Shown here: one piece after another, positions 1 to 8,674 of the stretch
How the letters are laid out: every line of letters begins with the position of its first letter
Position numbering within the stretch: the first letter of the stretch is position 1
Source of the DNA: a virus
Virus record (IMG/VR): IMGVR_UViG_3300032116_000065
Coordinates: 37,319 to 101,318 of that record
Strand: one strand, 5' to 3'
DNA: 64,000 nt
Program-made: the position numbers and the translations under genes
The notes under the pieces: model-generated
The model's input: the letters and a program-made list of their open reading frames with translations, nothing else
Databases searched by the model: none
Told to the model about the DNA's origin: nothing

Positions 1-444
1 ATAACTCCAGGAAATTAACTCATCTTGCGATGCACTTAAACTTCCTGCTGACGTGACCCATGTTGGCTCACCAGAAATTAATAATCCTGGATATAGAATC
101 GCAGTTCCACCATCTTCTGGATTGATCACATAAACAGGATAGGTTCCAGTCGAAAGTGCTGGTGTTGTGAAAGAAATATTGCTTGCACTGATAAACGATT
201 GAGAAGGTACAGCAGCACCGTTCACAAGAACTTGTGCATTGGCAGCGAAACCAGAACCAGTAATATAAACAGTTTGACCACCTGTTGAGTTTGCAGCAGT
301 GTCATTGCTTGGATAGATGAGGCTCTTGACTTTCGGACCACCACTAGCACCAGATTGAATTTGAGTCACAACAGTTGTTTGTAACTGGGTTACACTAATC
401 GTATTCGCTTGAATTGCAGAACCAGGGAGTTTATAGATACTCAT
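1..444 (-). CDS. Partial (runs off window) virion adhesin/fibre-associated protein with IPT/TIG-like N-terminus, paralog of 444..3011
   Basis: Not in ORF track. ATG at 444 overlaps the upstream TAA (TAATG). Translates MSIYKLPGSAIQANTISVTQLQ...GGPKVKSLIYPSNDTAANSTGGQTVYITGSGF..., colinear with the N-terminus of 444..3011. Confidence 0.85.
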   Translation of the reverse strand, partial: MSIYKLPGSAIQANTISVTQLQTTVVTQIQSGASGGPKVKSLIYPSNDTAANSTGGQTVYITGSGFAANAQVLVNGAAVPSQSFISASNISFTTPALSTGTYPVYVINPEDGGTAILYPGLLISGEPTWVTSAGSLSASQDELISWSY

Positions 445-3011
445 TATTTGTCCTTCAACGCAGAAGTTGGCGCTGTGAAGTTTGATGTGTAGCGAGCATA
501 GCCTTTGGTGATGCGAAGATCGTCTAAGAATCCATTTAATGATCTAGTATTACTTGCATCTGAAGCGCCTATGACAGAATAATTTGTGCCACCATTATAT
601 GCATTTGTGTTTGTTGCAGTTGATCCAATTTGAACGCCGTCTACAAATGCTCTTAGTGAACTTCCTGATCTGCACCATGCAATGTGATACCAAGTATTAA
701 TACTTGGCGACCATGAAAAGTTACTATCGAATGCTGTGTTGTATCTGCCGATAACTAAACCTACACCAGTTCTGTAAAGAATATCATAGGCTCCTGTTGT
801 GCCATCAGATCCCAATATTGCTTGATCTGCGCCAACGGTATTGAAGCGCACCCAAGTTTCAACTGTGAAATCGCCAGATCCAAAATTTAATAGAGTTGCA
901 TTCTTGGTTATCTTGATATAATCACCAGTACCATCAAACGAAATAGAACCAGTACCATACTTAAATTGCGCAGTGCTAACTTTGGCATCACCGACTGTTT
1001 CAATTACATTCTTCGCTGTTTGGTCGAAGATGCCAGCGTTGGTGAAGTTGAGAAGTAAAGATGTATTAGCAATGTTTGTTGGTGGTGCTGTTGGTGGAGT
1101 AAACGCAGAAGTATAAACAGCAGTACCTTTCACAATTCGAAGACCTGACAGGTATCCATTTAGAGGATTAACTCCCGCAGATGGTCCTGCGCCCACACCT
1201 AAATTAGAGGCACTATTCATTAAAGTCGTTGAGTTAGTGACAGTTGTAATCAAACTGCCATTCGTGAATAATCGTATCGAACTTCCACTTCTCGTTAATG
1301 CAATATGAAACCATTGACCTGTTGCCATTGTTCCAAAAGAACTGCCGCTCAAAACATCCCATGTAGATCCAGAACTAGCGTATGCTATGAGACTACCTGA
1401 CGACAGGAAAATCAGATAGGGACTGATAGCTGCAGCATTCCATCCTTTATCAACAACAATTTGTGTGCCTGATACAGAATTGAAATATACCCAAAATTCA
1501 ATAGTAAAATCAGTAAATGATTCTAATGCGACATTATCTGGTACTGACAGATAATCTCCAGTCCCATCAAAATACCCACCACCACCCACATTTGCTGTTG
1601 AATACTCAGCAGTTGGAGCAAATGGAGACCATGCTTGAATAGAAGTATCACCATTGCGTGTGATTGTGAAGTTGTTATTGCTATTGTCTATAAATCGATT
1701 TGATTGCAGTGTAAGTAATGCCGTATTGGCATCTGAAGTAAATTGTGTTGTTGATGGTGTGAAATTGGCTGTATATCTTGCACTATTTGAAACTCTTAAA
1801 TTAGAAATATATCCTGGCCAATTTTCAGTAGTGCCTGAAGTCCAAGAACCAATATATCCCGTTGATCCACTAAATCCTACATTGGTTGTTGTATCTAAAA
1901 CCTTTGTTCCACCAATAAAACCAAACACATTAGAAGATTGTCGAACAACTGCCACGTGAACCCATGTATTTTGAACTAGATTAGTTGCAGCTGTTGCTGC
2001 AGAAAAACCATAAAAACGAAGTTTTCCTGCATCTAATAACATTCCTAAACTAGTACTGGTTACAAAAATATCATGAAAACCAGAGTGATTTCCTGTGTAA
2101 TATACCCATGCTTCAATTGTTAATGGTCCAGTTCCTATAGAAGATAATGTTGATCCAGGACTATAAGTTAGATAGTCTCCAGTTCCATCAAAATATCCAC
2201 TCCATCCAGTTTGACTAAATGGACTAAATGTTCCTTGAGTTGCATTACCGTTTCTAGTAATAGTGAAGTTATTATTCGAAGAATCCAAGAATGTATGATT
2301 GTTTTGATTATTCGTTCCGTCAGCATGAATCAATAAAACATTATTCGCAAACAACACACCTTCGCCTGTTGATGTTGTAACAGTAAATTGTCTTGTAGAA
2401 TCTTGATTCTGTGCATCGGTTGCGACAACACTAAATGTATAGGTTGTTGTATTGCCTGATGGAGATGTGATTGTTCCACTGATCAATCCATTTGCAGCAA
2501 GAGAAACTCCTGTTGGTAGTGAACTCCCAGCAGCAAGAGCATAAGTGATTGGAGCATCACCAGTTGCAGATAGAGAATAACTCCATGCGCTGAGTTCATC
2601 TTGCGATTCACTCAAACTTCCAGCAGCAGTCGCCCATGCAGGCTCAGCAGAAGAAATATAACCTGGAACAAAAATTGCAGTTGCACCAGAGTCTGTGTTG
2701 ATCACATAAACTGGATAAATGCCTGCGGATAATGCTGGTGTTGTGAAAGAAATATTGCTTGCGCTGATGAATGACTTTGAAGGAACGGCATTACCGTTGA
2801 TATAAATGGCATTATTTGTTTCGAAACCAGCACCGTTGATATAAACAGTTTGACCACCGACAGTGTTACCTGCTGTGTCATTTCCAGGATAGATCAAACT
2901 AGAGACGCGAGGTCCACCACCCGCAGAGATCTGATTCACCACAATTGTCGACAACTGCGTTGTTGTAATCGTATTTGCTACAATTGCTGTTCCTGGTAAT
3001 TTTTCTGCCAT
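444..3011 (-). CDS. Virion protein: IPT/TIG-like + Ig-like domain followed by three LamG/concanavalin A-like lectin domains (putative receptor-binding protein)
   Basis: Three repeats of FDGTGDYL...FT(I/V)ExW...W.H(I/V)A..R...F.G..R...RYTxNFT, typical of phage LamG-like domains. Confidence 0.8.
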   Translation of the reverse strand: MAEKLPGTAIVANTITTTQLSTIVVNQISAGGGPRVSSLIYPGNDTAGNTVGGQTVYINGAGFETNNAIYINGNAVPSKSFISASNISFTTPALSAGIYPVYVINTDSGATAIFVPGYISSAEPAWATAAGSLSESQDELSAWSYSLSATGDAPITYALAAGSSLPTGVSLAANGLISGTITSPSGNTTTYTFSVVATDAQNQDSTRQFTVTTSTGEGVLFANNVLLIHADGTNNQNNHTFLDSSNNNFTITRNGNATQGTFSPFSQTGWSGYFDGTGDYLTYSPGSTLSSIGTGPLTIEAWVYYTGNHSGFHDIFVTSTSLGMLLDAGKLRFYGFSAATAATNLVQNTWVHVAVVRQSSNVFGFIGGTKVLDTTTNVGFSGSTGYIGSWTSGTTENWPGYISNLRVSNSARYTANFTPSTTQFTSDANTALLTLQSNRFIDNSNNNFTITRNGDTSIQAWSPFAPTAEYSTANVGGGGYFDGTGDYLSVPDNVALESFTDFTIEFWVYFNSVSGTQIVVDKGWNAAAISPYLIFLSSGSLIAYASSGSTWDVLSGSSFGTMATGQWFHIALTRSGSSIRLFTNGSLITTVTNSTTLMNSASNLGVGAGPSAGVNPLNGYLSGLRIVKGTAVYTSAFTPPTAPPTNIANTSLLLNFTNAGIFDQTAKNVIETVGDAKVSTAQFKYGTGSISFDGTGDYIKITKNATLLNFGSGDFTVETWVRFNTVGADQAILGSDGTTGAYDILYRTGVGLVIGRYNTAFDSNFSWSPSINTWYHIAWCRSGSSLRAFVDGVQIGSTATNTNAYNGGTNYSVIGASDASNTRSLNGFLDDLRITKGYARYTSNFTAPTSALKDK

Positions 3012-3023
3012 TTTCTTTTCCGA

Positions 3024-3125
3024 TTATCCGTTAAGTTTGGTAATAATAATACCAGAGCCGCCAGATCCACCATAAGAGGCGAAAGAAGCATCACCATCTG
3101 CACCGCCTTTTAGTTTTCTTGCCAT
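3024..3125 (-). pseudogene. 33-aa remnant of a glycine-rich adhesin gene (N-terminus joined directly to C-terminus)
   Basis: Translates MARKLKGGADGDASFASYGGSGGSGIIITKLNG*. The end matches the GGSGIVILKLN C-terminus of the full-length Gly-rich paralogs. Confidence 0.7.
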
Positions 3126-3129
3126 TTAT

Positions 3130-3744
3130 TTAGTTATAGATCTGCCCCACCTCGAGAGCAGTTAGATTCTCTTCCGAACCTATTAATCCTTTTGCAAAAG
3201 TATTAAACGAAAGACTGACACGAGTTTGTTCGGCTTGTACTACATTTACTGAGTGTCTTAGCGAGGAAGGAAAAATCACTAATCTTCCTTGAGTGGCTTC
3301 TAACCACCAAGTTTTTGAATTGTAGAGATTGAAATTATCTGTCGGAAAGGAAATCTGATCATAATGATTTTTTTCAAAGTAAATTCGATCTTTTGAATTA
3401 TCTGTTTGCACATAGAAAACACCAGAAAGAAATGAGTTTGGATGCTCATGTGCATGATGCCATTGCCCTGGTTTACTATAATTAACCCAAGACTGCGTGA
3501 TATACAAATTTACATCTTTTGATGGTGCAACAACTTCCTGAAAATAGGTATCAATGGAAGTCTGAATAAAAGCGCGGAGATCTTTAAGTTCTTCTTTTCG
3601 AAGAATAAATCTATCCGCGCTTGTTGTATTGCCCATGTTGGGCTTCATTTCAAGATCTAATAGAGCACCTTTCTCAATTTCAGTTAAATCTCGACCCAGA
3701 TGAAACATTCCAACCGCAGTCGGAAATAATGATATAATTTGCAT
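3130..3744 (-). CDS. 2OG-Fe(II) oxygenase-like protein (TIGR02466-type)
   Basis: SWVN...HHAHEHPNSFLSGVFY...LVIFPSSLRHSV...RVSLSFN motifs. Confidence 0.8.
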   Translation of the reverse strand: MQIISLFPTAVGMFHLGRDLTEIEKGALLDLEMKPNMGNTTSADRFILRKEELKDLRAFIQTSIDTYFQEVVAPSKDVNLYITQSWVNYSKPGQWHHAHEHPNSFLSGVFYVQTDNSKDRIYFEKNHYDQISFPTDNFNLYNSKTWWLEATQGRLVIFPSSLRHSVNVVQAEQTRVSLSFNTFAKGLIGSEENLTALEVGQIYN

Positions 3745-3769
3745 AATATAACTCCATGATTAAAATAGA

Positions 3770-4138
3770 TCAAGCTGGAACAGAATCCTCTTCCCAAGAA
3801 AGAGTTGACTCGTTCCAAATATATGCTTTCCCATCATCTGGCTTTGCAACTGGTGCTTCCCAATCCGCTGTCGTGTTATTCAACGTCCAAGATACAAATG
3901 GTTTTGGTGGAACAAATGCATCGAGTTCTGCATTGTATGCAAAACCGATACCAGCATAACGCTTGCGCATATTTCCGTTGTAAGAAGTTTGCTTCCATGT
4001 GCCGCCAAGTAGACGTTCACAGAATGCTGCACCGATGTGTTCTTTCTCAACACCGTGCGCATCAGATGTGTCATCATTACCGACAACAATAACTCTCTTT
4101 ACAACATTATTTTCATCTAACTCTGCAAAGTGTGCCAT
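3770..4138 (-). CDS. Conserved small phage protein associated with fibre/adhesin genes
   Basis: MAHFAELD...VIVV...WKQTSYN...YAGIG...DAF.PP.P..SW...WEAPV pattern; follows a Gly-rich adhesin gene. Confidence 0.7.
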   Translation of the reverse strand: MAHFAELDENNVVKRVIVVGNDDTSDAHGVEKEHIGAAFCERLLGGTWKQTSYNGNMRKRYAGIGFAYNAELDAFVPPKPFVSWTLNNTTADWEAPVAKPDDGKAYIWNESTLSWEEDSVPA

Positions 4139-4144
4139 ATTACA

Positions 4145-4426
4145 TTACTCCTTAGATTTGTACTCGTTCACTTCTTCGAAATCTTCAGACTCAAAAACGC
4201 CTGTGATTTCCTGAATTTGTTTTTTCGTCCAGATTGTATTTATTGAATCTTCAAACTGCTTAATCTTTTCCATCGTATCATCTATTTCTTCCCACGTTGG
4301 CTGCGGTCTCTCGTCTTCCCAAATTGTTATATCACGATTGCTGATTTCCCAACGAGCACCTGGACGAAGTAGGTGCATTGCTGTGTTGATTCCATATAAC
4401 TGATATATTTTTACTTCTTCATTCAT
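4145..4426 (-). CDS. Small fibre-associated protein (XkdW-like)
   Basis: A..LLRPGARW...W.D.RPQPTWEEI motif; position downstream of an adhesin gene. Confidence 0.55.
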   Translation of the reverse strand: MNEEVKIYQLYGINTAMHLLRPGARWEISNRDITIWEDERPQPTWEEIDDTMEKIKQFEDSINTIWTKKQIQEITGVFESEDFEEVNEYKSKE

Positions 4427-4441
4427 AAAGTCACTCCAAGT

Positions 4442-6067
4442 TTACGGATTAAATTTTAAAATTACAATACCAGAAGACCCTCTACCTGCGGGATTTCCAC
4501 CGCCGCCACCGCCACCAAGATTGTCAATTGCATTATTTCCTGCTGTTGTTGGTGCTGCTGGTCCTGCTCCACCATCTCCACCACCTGATGGTCCTCCTAT
4601 TGCTCTCGGTAGAGCACCTGTGTGTCCACCACCACCACCACCAAAGTACACATTGTACAATGTGCCACCTGCAATAAATGGACAAATAATGCCAATTCCA
4701 CCATTACCTGTTGCAGTTGGTGTTGCTGGGCTTGTGCTACCACCCACAGCGCCAGCGCCACCGCCTCCACCACCAGGATTTGGTCCACCAGTCGCATTGC
4801 CACCATTGTTTCCTTGTGATGGATAAACTGACGGAATATTTCCAGATCCTGCACTGGCTGTTGGTCCACCTGCTGTTCTTCCACCGCCGCTTCCACCTGA
4901 ACCACCTTGACCACGAGCATCGTTTGGAGTTCCTCCAGGTTGTCCAGGTGTTCCACCAGCACCACCGCCAGCAGAGGTAATAGTCCCAAATACACTATTT
5001 GTACCACTTGCACCTGAACCAGTGTCATATGGTGTTGCTGGATATCCTCCAGCTCCGCCAGCACCAATAGTAATTGTATAAGCATTGCCAGCAGTTAGTG
5101 GGTAATTAGAACCGAATCTAACACCACCAGCACCGCCACCACCGCCATACCAACCGCCTCCACCGCCGCCAGCAACAACAAAATAATCGCAACTTGTGAT
5201 ACCAGTCGGACCAATAAATGAACTTGTGTTTACAAAAGCAACAACGCCTGTTCTTGACATAGAATATCTGAGAATAACAGTTCCAGAACCACCAGAACCA
5301 CCAGCTGAACCACCATTCGGACCATACCCACCGCCGCCTCCGCCTCCGCCAAAGTTGGCAGTACCAGAACCACCTGGATATCCTGCTCCACCGCCAGGAG
5401 AAATTCCACCTTGACTTCCTGCGTTTGGATCTAGTGGAGTTCCGCCACCACCAGCACCATATCCACGCGCAGTACCAGTGATTGATGACATTGCATTTTG
5501 TCCATTCGGACCGCCAGCACCACCACCACGACCTGTGCCTGGTGTTGCACTATATCCTTGTGCTGGACTATAAACGTTTGGTAGATTTCCTAATCCAGCA
5601 GGTGCGCCGCCAGAACCACCATTTTGTGGACCAGGTGCACCTGCGCCTCCACCATCTGTTTGTATTCCACCAGGAGTTGCAGGTGAGATACCAAAAAATG
5701 ATGATGATCCAATGCTCCCGCCTCCACCACCCGCACCAATTGTAATAGTGTACAGATTATTTGCTGTAACTGCGTATCCAGACCCTACTCTAAATCCACC
5801 ACCGCCAGCACCAAATCCTGGGTTAAGATATGCACCTGCGCCACCACCACCACCGCCAGCAAGAACTAGATACTCGACAGTAGTAACACCATCTGGGCAA
5901 CGCCACACAGATGATGAATTAAAATTTTGCACTACAGTTATTGCAGTAGAATCTGTGATGTATCCATATGTGCGAAAGAATGTGATATCATCAAGTGACC
6001 AAATACCTGCAACGTTTGCTGCAGTGGAACTAGCAATTCTTCTTGCGCCAATAAAACGTGTTGTCAT
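4442..6067 (-). CDS. Glycine-rich two-domain adhesin-like virion protein
   Basis: Two units of F..S..W.CP.GVT.V(E/D)YLV(L/V)AGGGGG...YTITIGAGG...GGSG.VIL(R/K)Y. Confidence 0.8.
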   Translation of the reverse strand: MTTRFIGARRIASSTAANVAGIWSLDDITFFRTYGYITDSTAITVVQNFNSSSVWRCPDGVTTVEYLVLAGGGGGGAGAYLNPGFGAGGGGFRVGSGYAVTANNLYTITIGAGGGGGSIGSSSFFGISPATPGGIQTDGGGAGAPGPQNGGSGGAPAGLGNLPNVYSPAQGYSATPGTGRGGGAGGPNGQNAMSSITGTARGYGAGGGGTPLDPNAGSQGGISPGGGAGYPGGSGTANFGGGGGGGGYGPNGGSAGGSGGSGTVILRYSMSRTGVVAFVNTSSFIGPTGITSCDYFVVAGGGGGGWYGGGGGAGGVRFGSNYPLTAGNAYTITIGAGGAGGYPATPYDTGSGASGTNSVFGTITSAGGGAGGTPGQPGGTPNDARGQGGSGGSGGGRTAGGPTASAGSGNIPSVYPSQGNNGGNATGGPNPGGGGGGAGAVGGSTSPATPTATGNGGIGIICPFIAGGTLYNVYFGGGGGGHTGALPRAIGGPSGGGDGGAGPAAPTTAGNNAIDNLGGGGGGGNPAGRGSSGIVILKFNP

Positions 6068-6390
6068 GTCATTTCCAAAATGCTTACTGTAACATCTAGA
6101 TGATTATTTGAAGAAGCAGTTCCAAAAATATAATCATTTGCTTCTAAAACTAATTTACCTGTCAAAAAGGTTGTTGCTGCATCTGCAGGAACAGGAACAG
6201 TATATACTAGAGCCTTTGCTGCTGCTTCACTAGAATCATAAACGTACATAGTTACGTCGGCAGAGTTAGCACCATCTTTGTTTGCAATTTGTCCCATGAT
6301 AACAATAGATGTTGCATTCGCAGGACAAACATAAACATTAGCATTAGCTGTTGTTAGTGATGCTGCTCGTAACTTAAATACTTGTGCCAT
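6064..6390 (-). CDS. Small beta-sandwich adaptor-like virion protein
   Basis: 108 aa, ...VPADA...GKLVLEAND...DVTVSILEMT; same class as 18897..19229 and 21225..21596. Confidence 0.7.
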   Translation of the reverse strand: MAQVFKLRAASLTTANANVYVCPANATSIVIMGQIANKDGANSADVTMYVYDSSEAAAKALVYTVPVPADAATTFLTGKLVLEANDYIFGTASSNNHLDVTVSILEMT

Positions 6391-6402
6391 TTTATTCTCC
6401 GA

Positions 6403-6594
6403 TTAGGATAATGCAATCACTAAACCAAGAGAAACACCACTTTCTGCTGCTGTTGTTGCGCTATTTGCTTGAGCATAAGCCGCATTTGCAGTTGCAAGAG
6501 CAGCATAAACTTGCGCCCATGTTGCAGAGTTCATCTGAGTGTCGGTAATAGTATTTGATGCAATTGCATCGCCAGGTAATAGATTGATTGCCAT
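6403..6594 (-). CDS. 63-aa mini fibre-like protein (docking N-terminus + AYAQAN heptad + hydrophobic C-terminal peptide)
   Basis: MAINLLPGDAIASNTITDTQM resembles the N-termini at 444, 3011, 8673 and 11113; ends LGLVIALS. Confidence 0.7.
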   Translation of the reverse strand: MAINLLPGDAIASNTITDTQMNSATWAQVYAALATANAAYAQANSATTAAESGVSLGLVIALS

Positions 6595-6596
6595 TT

Positions 6597-7169
6597 TTAA
6601 CCTACATTAAAACTTAAACTAATTCTTTCCGTTTTAGTCGGTAGAGTTCGGTGCAACATATGACTCATAAAGACCATTCCTCTACCCACATTGCTATTTA
6701 TTTCTACGTTATGGCAGTTATTTAAATTATATTCTGTATAATTCGGAAGTTTTGGTTGCATAAAATGCCATGGTGCTTGGAAAACAAAATCTTTTTCTTC
6801 TGAACTTTGCAGCCAAAATACCCCAGAAATCATAGAATCATGATGATTATGTAAATCTTGATAACCACCTTCTTCATATAGATTTAACCAACTATCTAAA
6901 ATACTCAATTTAGAACAATCGATTTTCATTTGTTCGCAATAAACATAAACAAGATTACCAAGAAATTGCTTAATCCCTGAAAATTCTGACAATTCTAAAA
7001 TATCACTTTTAGTTCGAACCGTGCTTATACATTTACTATGAAATGGTGTTTCTGCATTTTTTAATAATATTTCTTTAGAAATAGAAATTAAATTTTCTGT
7101 AATTAAACCTCTTTCTTCTTTAAACATAACATTACAAGGAAAAAGCATCAACATATTAAAATCATTCAT
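6597..7169 (-). CDS. 2OG-Fe(II) oxygenase-like protein (TIGR02466-type)
   Basis: SWLN...HNHHDSMISGVFW...FMSHMLHRT...RISLSFN. Start moved to ATG 7169, just after the upstream stop; AT-rich relative to flanks. Confidence 0.75.
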   Translation of the reverse strand: MNDFNMLMLFPCNVMFKEERGLITENLISISKEILLKNAETPFHSKCISTVRTKSDILELSEFSGIKQFLGNLVYVYCEQMKIDCSKLSILDSWLNLYEEGGYQDLHNHHDSMISGVFWLQSSEEKDFVFQAPWHFMQPKLPNYTEYNLNNCHNVEINSNVGRGMVFMSHMLHRTLPTKTERISLSFNVG

Positions 7170-7170
7170 A

Positions 7171-8673
7171 TCAAAGTCCTGTAATAATAATCGCTCCATT
7201 ATTTCCTGATGCAGTACCAAGACCGCCATTACCAAACGTAGAAAGGAAGTTTGGTGATGTATTTGGACTCCATCGATAATTCGCTTGTTGCGTATTTCCG
7301 CTCGTGACAACGTTAGTATTTATGTACCCCGAACCGCCGCCTCCACCGAAGCCGCCAGCATCACCGCCACCTTCACCGCCACCCCAGTAACCACCACCGC
7401 CACCACCAGATCCCTGATCCCCACCGTTGTATGTACCGATACCACCATTACCAAACCCAACACCACCAGCGGCTGCTGGAGAACCTGTATTACCACCACC
7501 ACCATTTCTTCCTGATCCAGAAGCGCCAGTGCGGCGACCACCATTACCACCCGCTCCAGCAGCGGATTGTGTTCCACCATAACCACCTGCTCCCACACTG
7601 AGAGCGTTTTGGCCAGTTGTGCCACCTCCACCACCACCGCCTCTAGCCTCTGCTGGACCACCACCTGCAGAACCGCCACCACCACCAGCGACAATAATTG
7701 CAGTTGAGTTTGATTTAAATTCGATACCAGAGCCAGCACCAGCACCAGATGCTGCACGACCAGAAGGAGTGCTGGCGCCAGCAGAGCCAACAACTACATT
7801 ATACTGAACTCCACTCTTAAAGGCAATTATTCCTGTTGAGTATCCACCGCCACCACCAGTTCCACTACCATATCCACCACCACCCGCGCCCCAAACTTGA
7901 ACATTGGCGCTGAAGTCGCCAAGAGGGGTGATTGTATACGCACCGTTTGTTGTAAGATTAAGCGTTGAGCCTGTTGTAAGAGCGATATTGCTTTGACCAT
8001 TTACAGCAGGAGAAATCGAGAATGTGAACAAAATTCCAGTATAAGAGAATGCTCTTTCTGAATTTTGATTTTCTTGGTCGGTTGCGACAACAGAGAAATT
8101 GTAAGTTGTCTCTGCTCCTGGTGGAGAAGTTAATGTTCCACTAATTAATCCATTAGAAGCAAGACTTGTTCCTGCTGGTAGTGAACTTCCATTAGCCAGA
8201 GTATATGTGATTGTTGAGTCGGATATCGCTTCAAGTTGTTTGTTCATTCCAGCACTAACGACAAATTGACCTAATGATGATGAAGTTACCCATGCTGGAT
8301 CGCCAGATACTTGAAATCTTGGGAATGTTCCAACACCACCATCAGAATTCACAACATATAATTGATAAAGACCCTGAGTCAACGCAGGAGTTGTAAACGA
8401 GAGTGAGTTTGCATTTGCTCTAGAAACTGTTGGTGCTTCTGTTCCGCCAGAAATGGAGCCAATAAAAACTTTGACATTTGGATTAAATCCTGTTCCAGTG
8501 ACAGTGATTGTTTGTGCACCAACAGAATTAGCAGCAGTATCGTCACCAGGATAACCAACAGAAATAACTTTTGGTCCACCACCTGCTTGAATGACAGCAC
8601 TTACGTCATTTGCAAGTTTTGCTACAGTGACGGATCCAGGTACAATTGCTGTTCCAACTAATTTACCAGCCAT
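7171..8673 (-). CDS. Virion protein: IPT/Ig-like N-half + glycine-rich C-terminal adhesin domain
   Basis: N-half paralogous to 444..3011; C-terminal VWGAGGGG...GGGGSGY Gly-rich domain. Confidence 0.75.
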   Translation of the reverse strand: MAGKLVGTAIVPGSVTVAKLANDVSAVIQAGGGPKVISVGYPGDDTAANSVGAQTITVTGTGFNPNVKVFIGSISGGTEAPTVSRANANSLSFTTPALTQGLYQLYVVNSDGGVGTFPRFQVSGDPAWVTSSSLGQFVVSAGMNKQLEAISDSTITYTLANGSSLPAGTSLASNGLISGTLTSPPGAETTYNFSVVATDQENQNSERAFSYTGILFTFSISPAVNGQSNIALTTGSTLNLTTNGAYTITPLGDFSANVQVWGAGGGGYGSGTGGGGGYSTGIIAFKSGVQYNVVVGSAGASTPSGRAASGAGAGSGIEFKSNSTAIIVAGGGGGSAGGGPAEARGGGGGGGTTGQNALSVGAGGYGGTQSAAGAGGNGGRRTGASGSGRNGGGGNTGSPAAAGGVGFGNGGIGTYNGGDQGSGGGGGGYWGGGEGGGDAGGFGGGGGSGYINTNVVTSGNTQQANYRWSPNTSPNFLSTFGNGGLGTASGNNGAIIITGL

Positions 8674-8674
8674 T

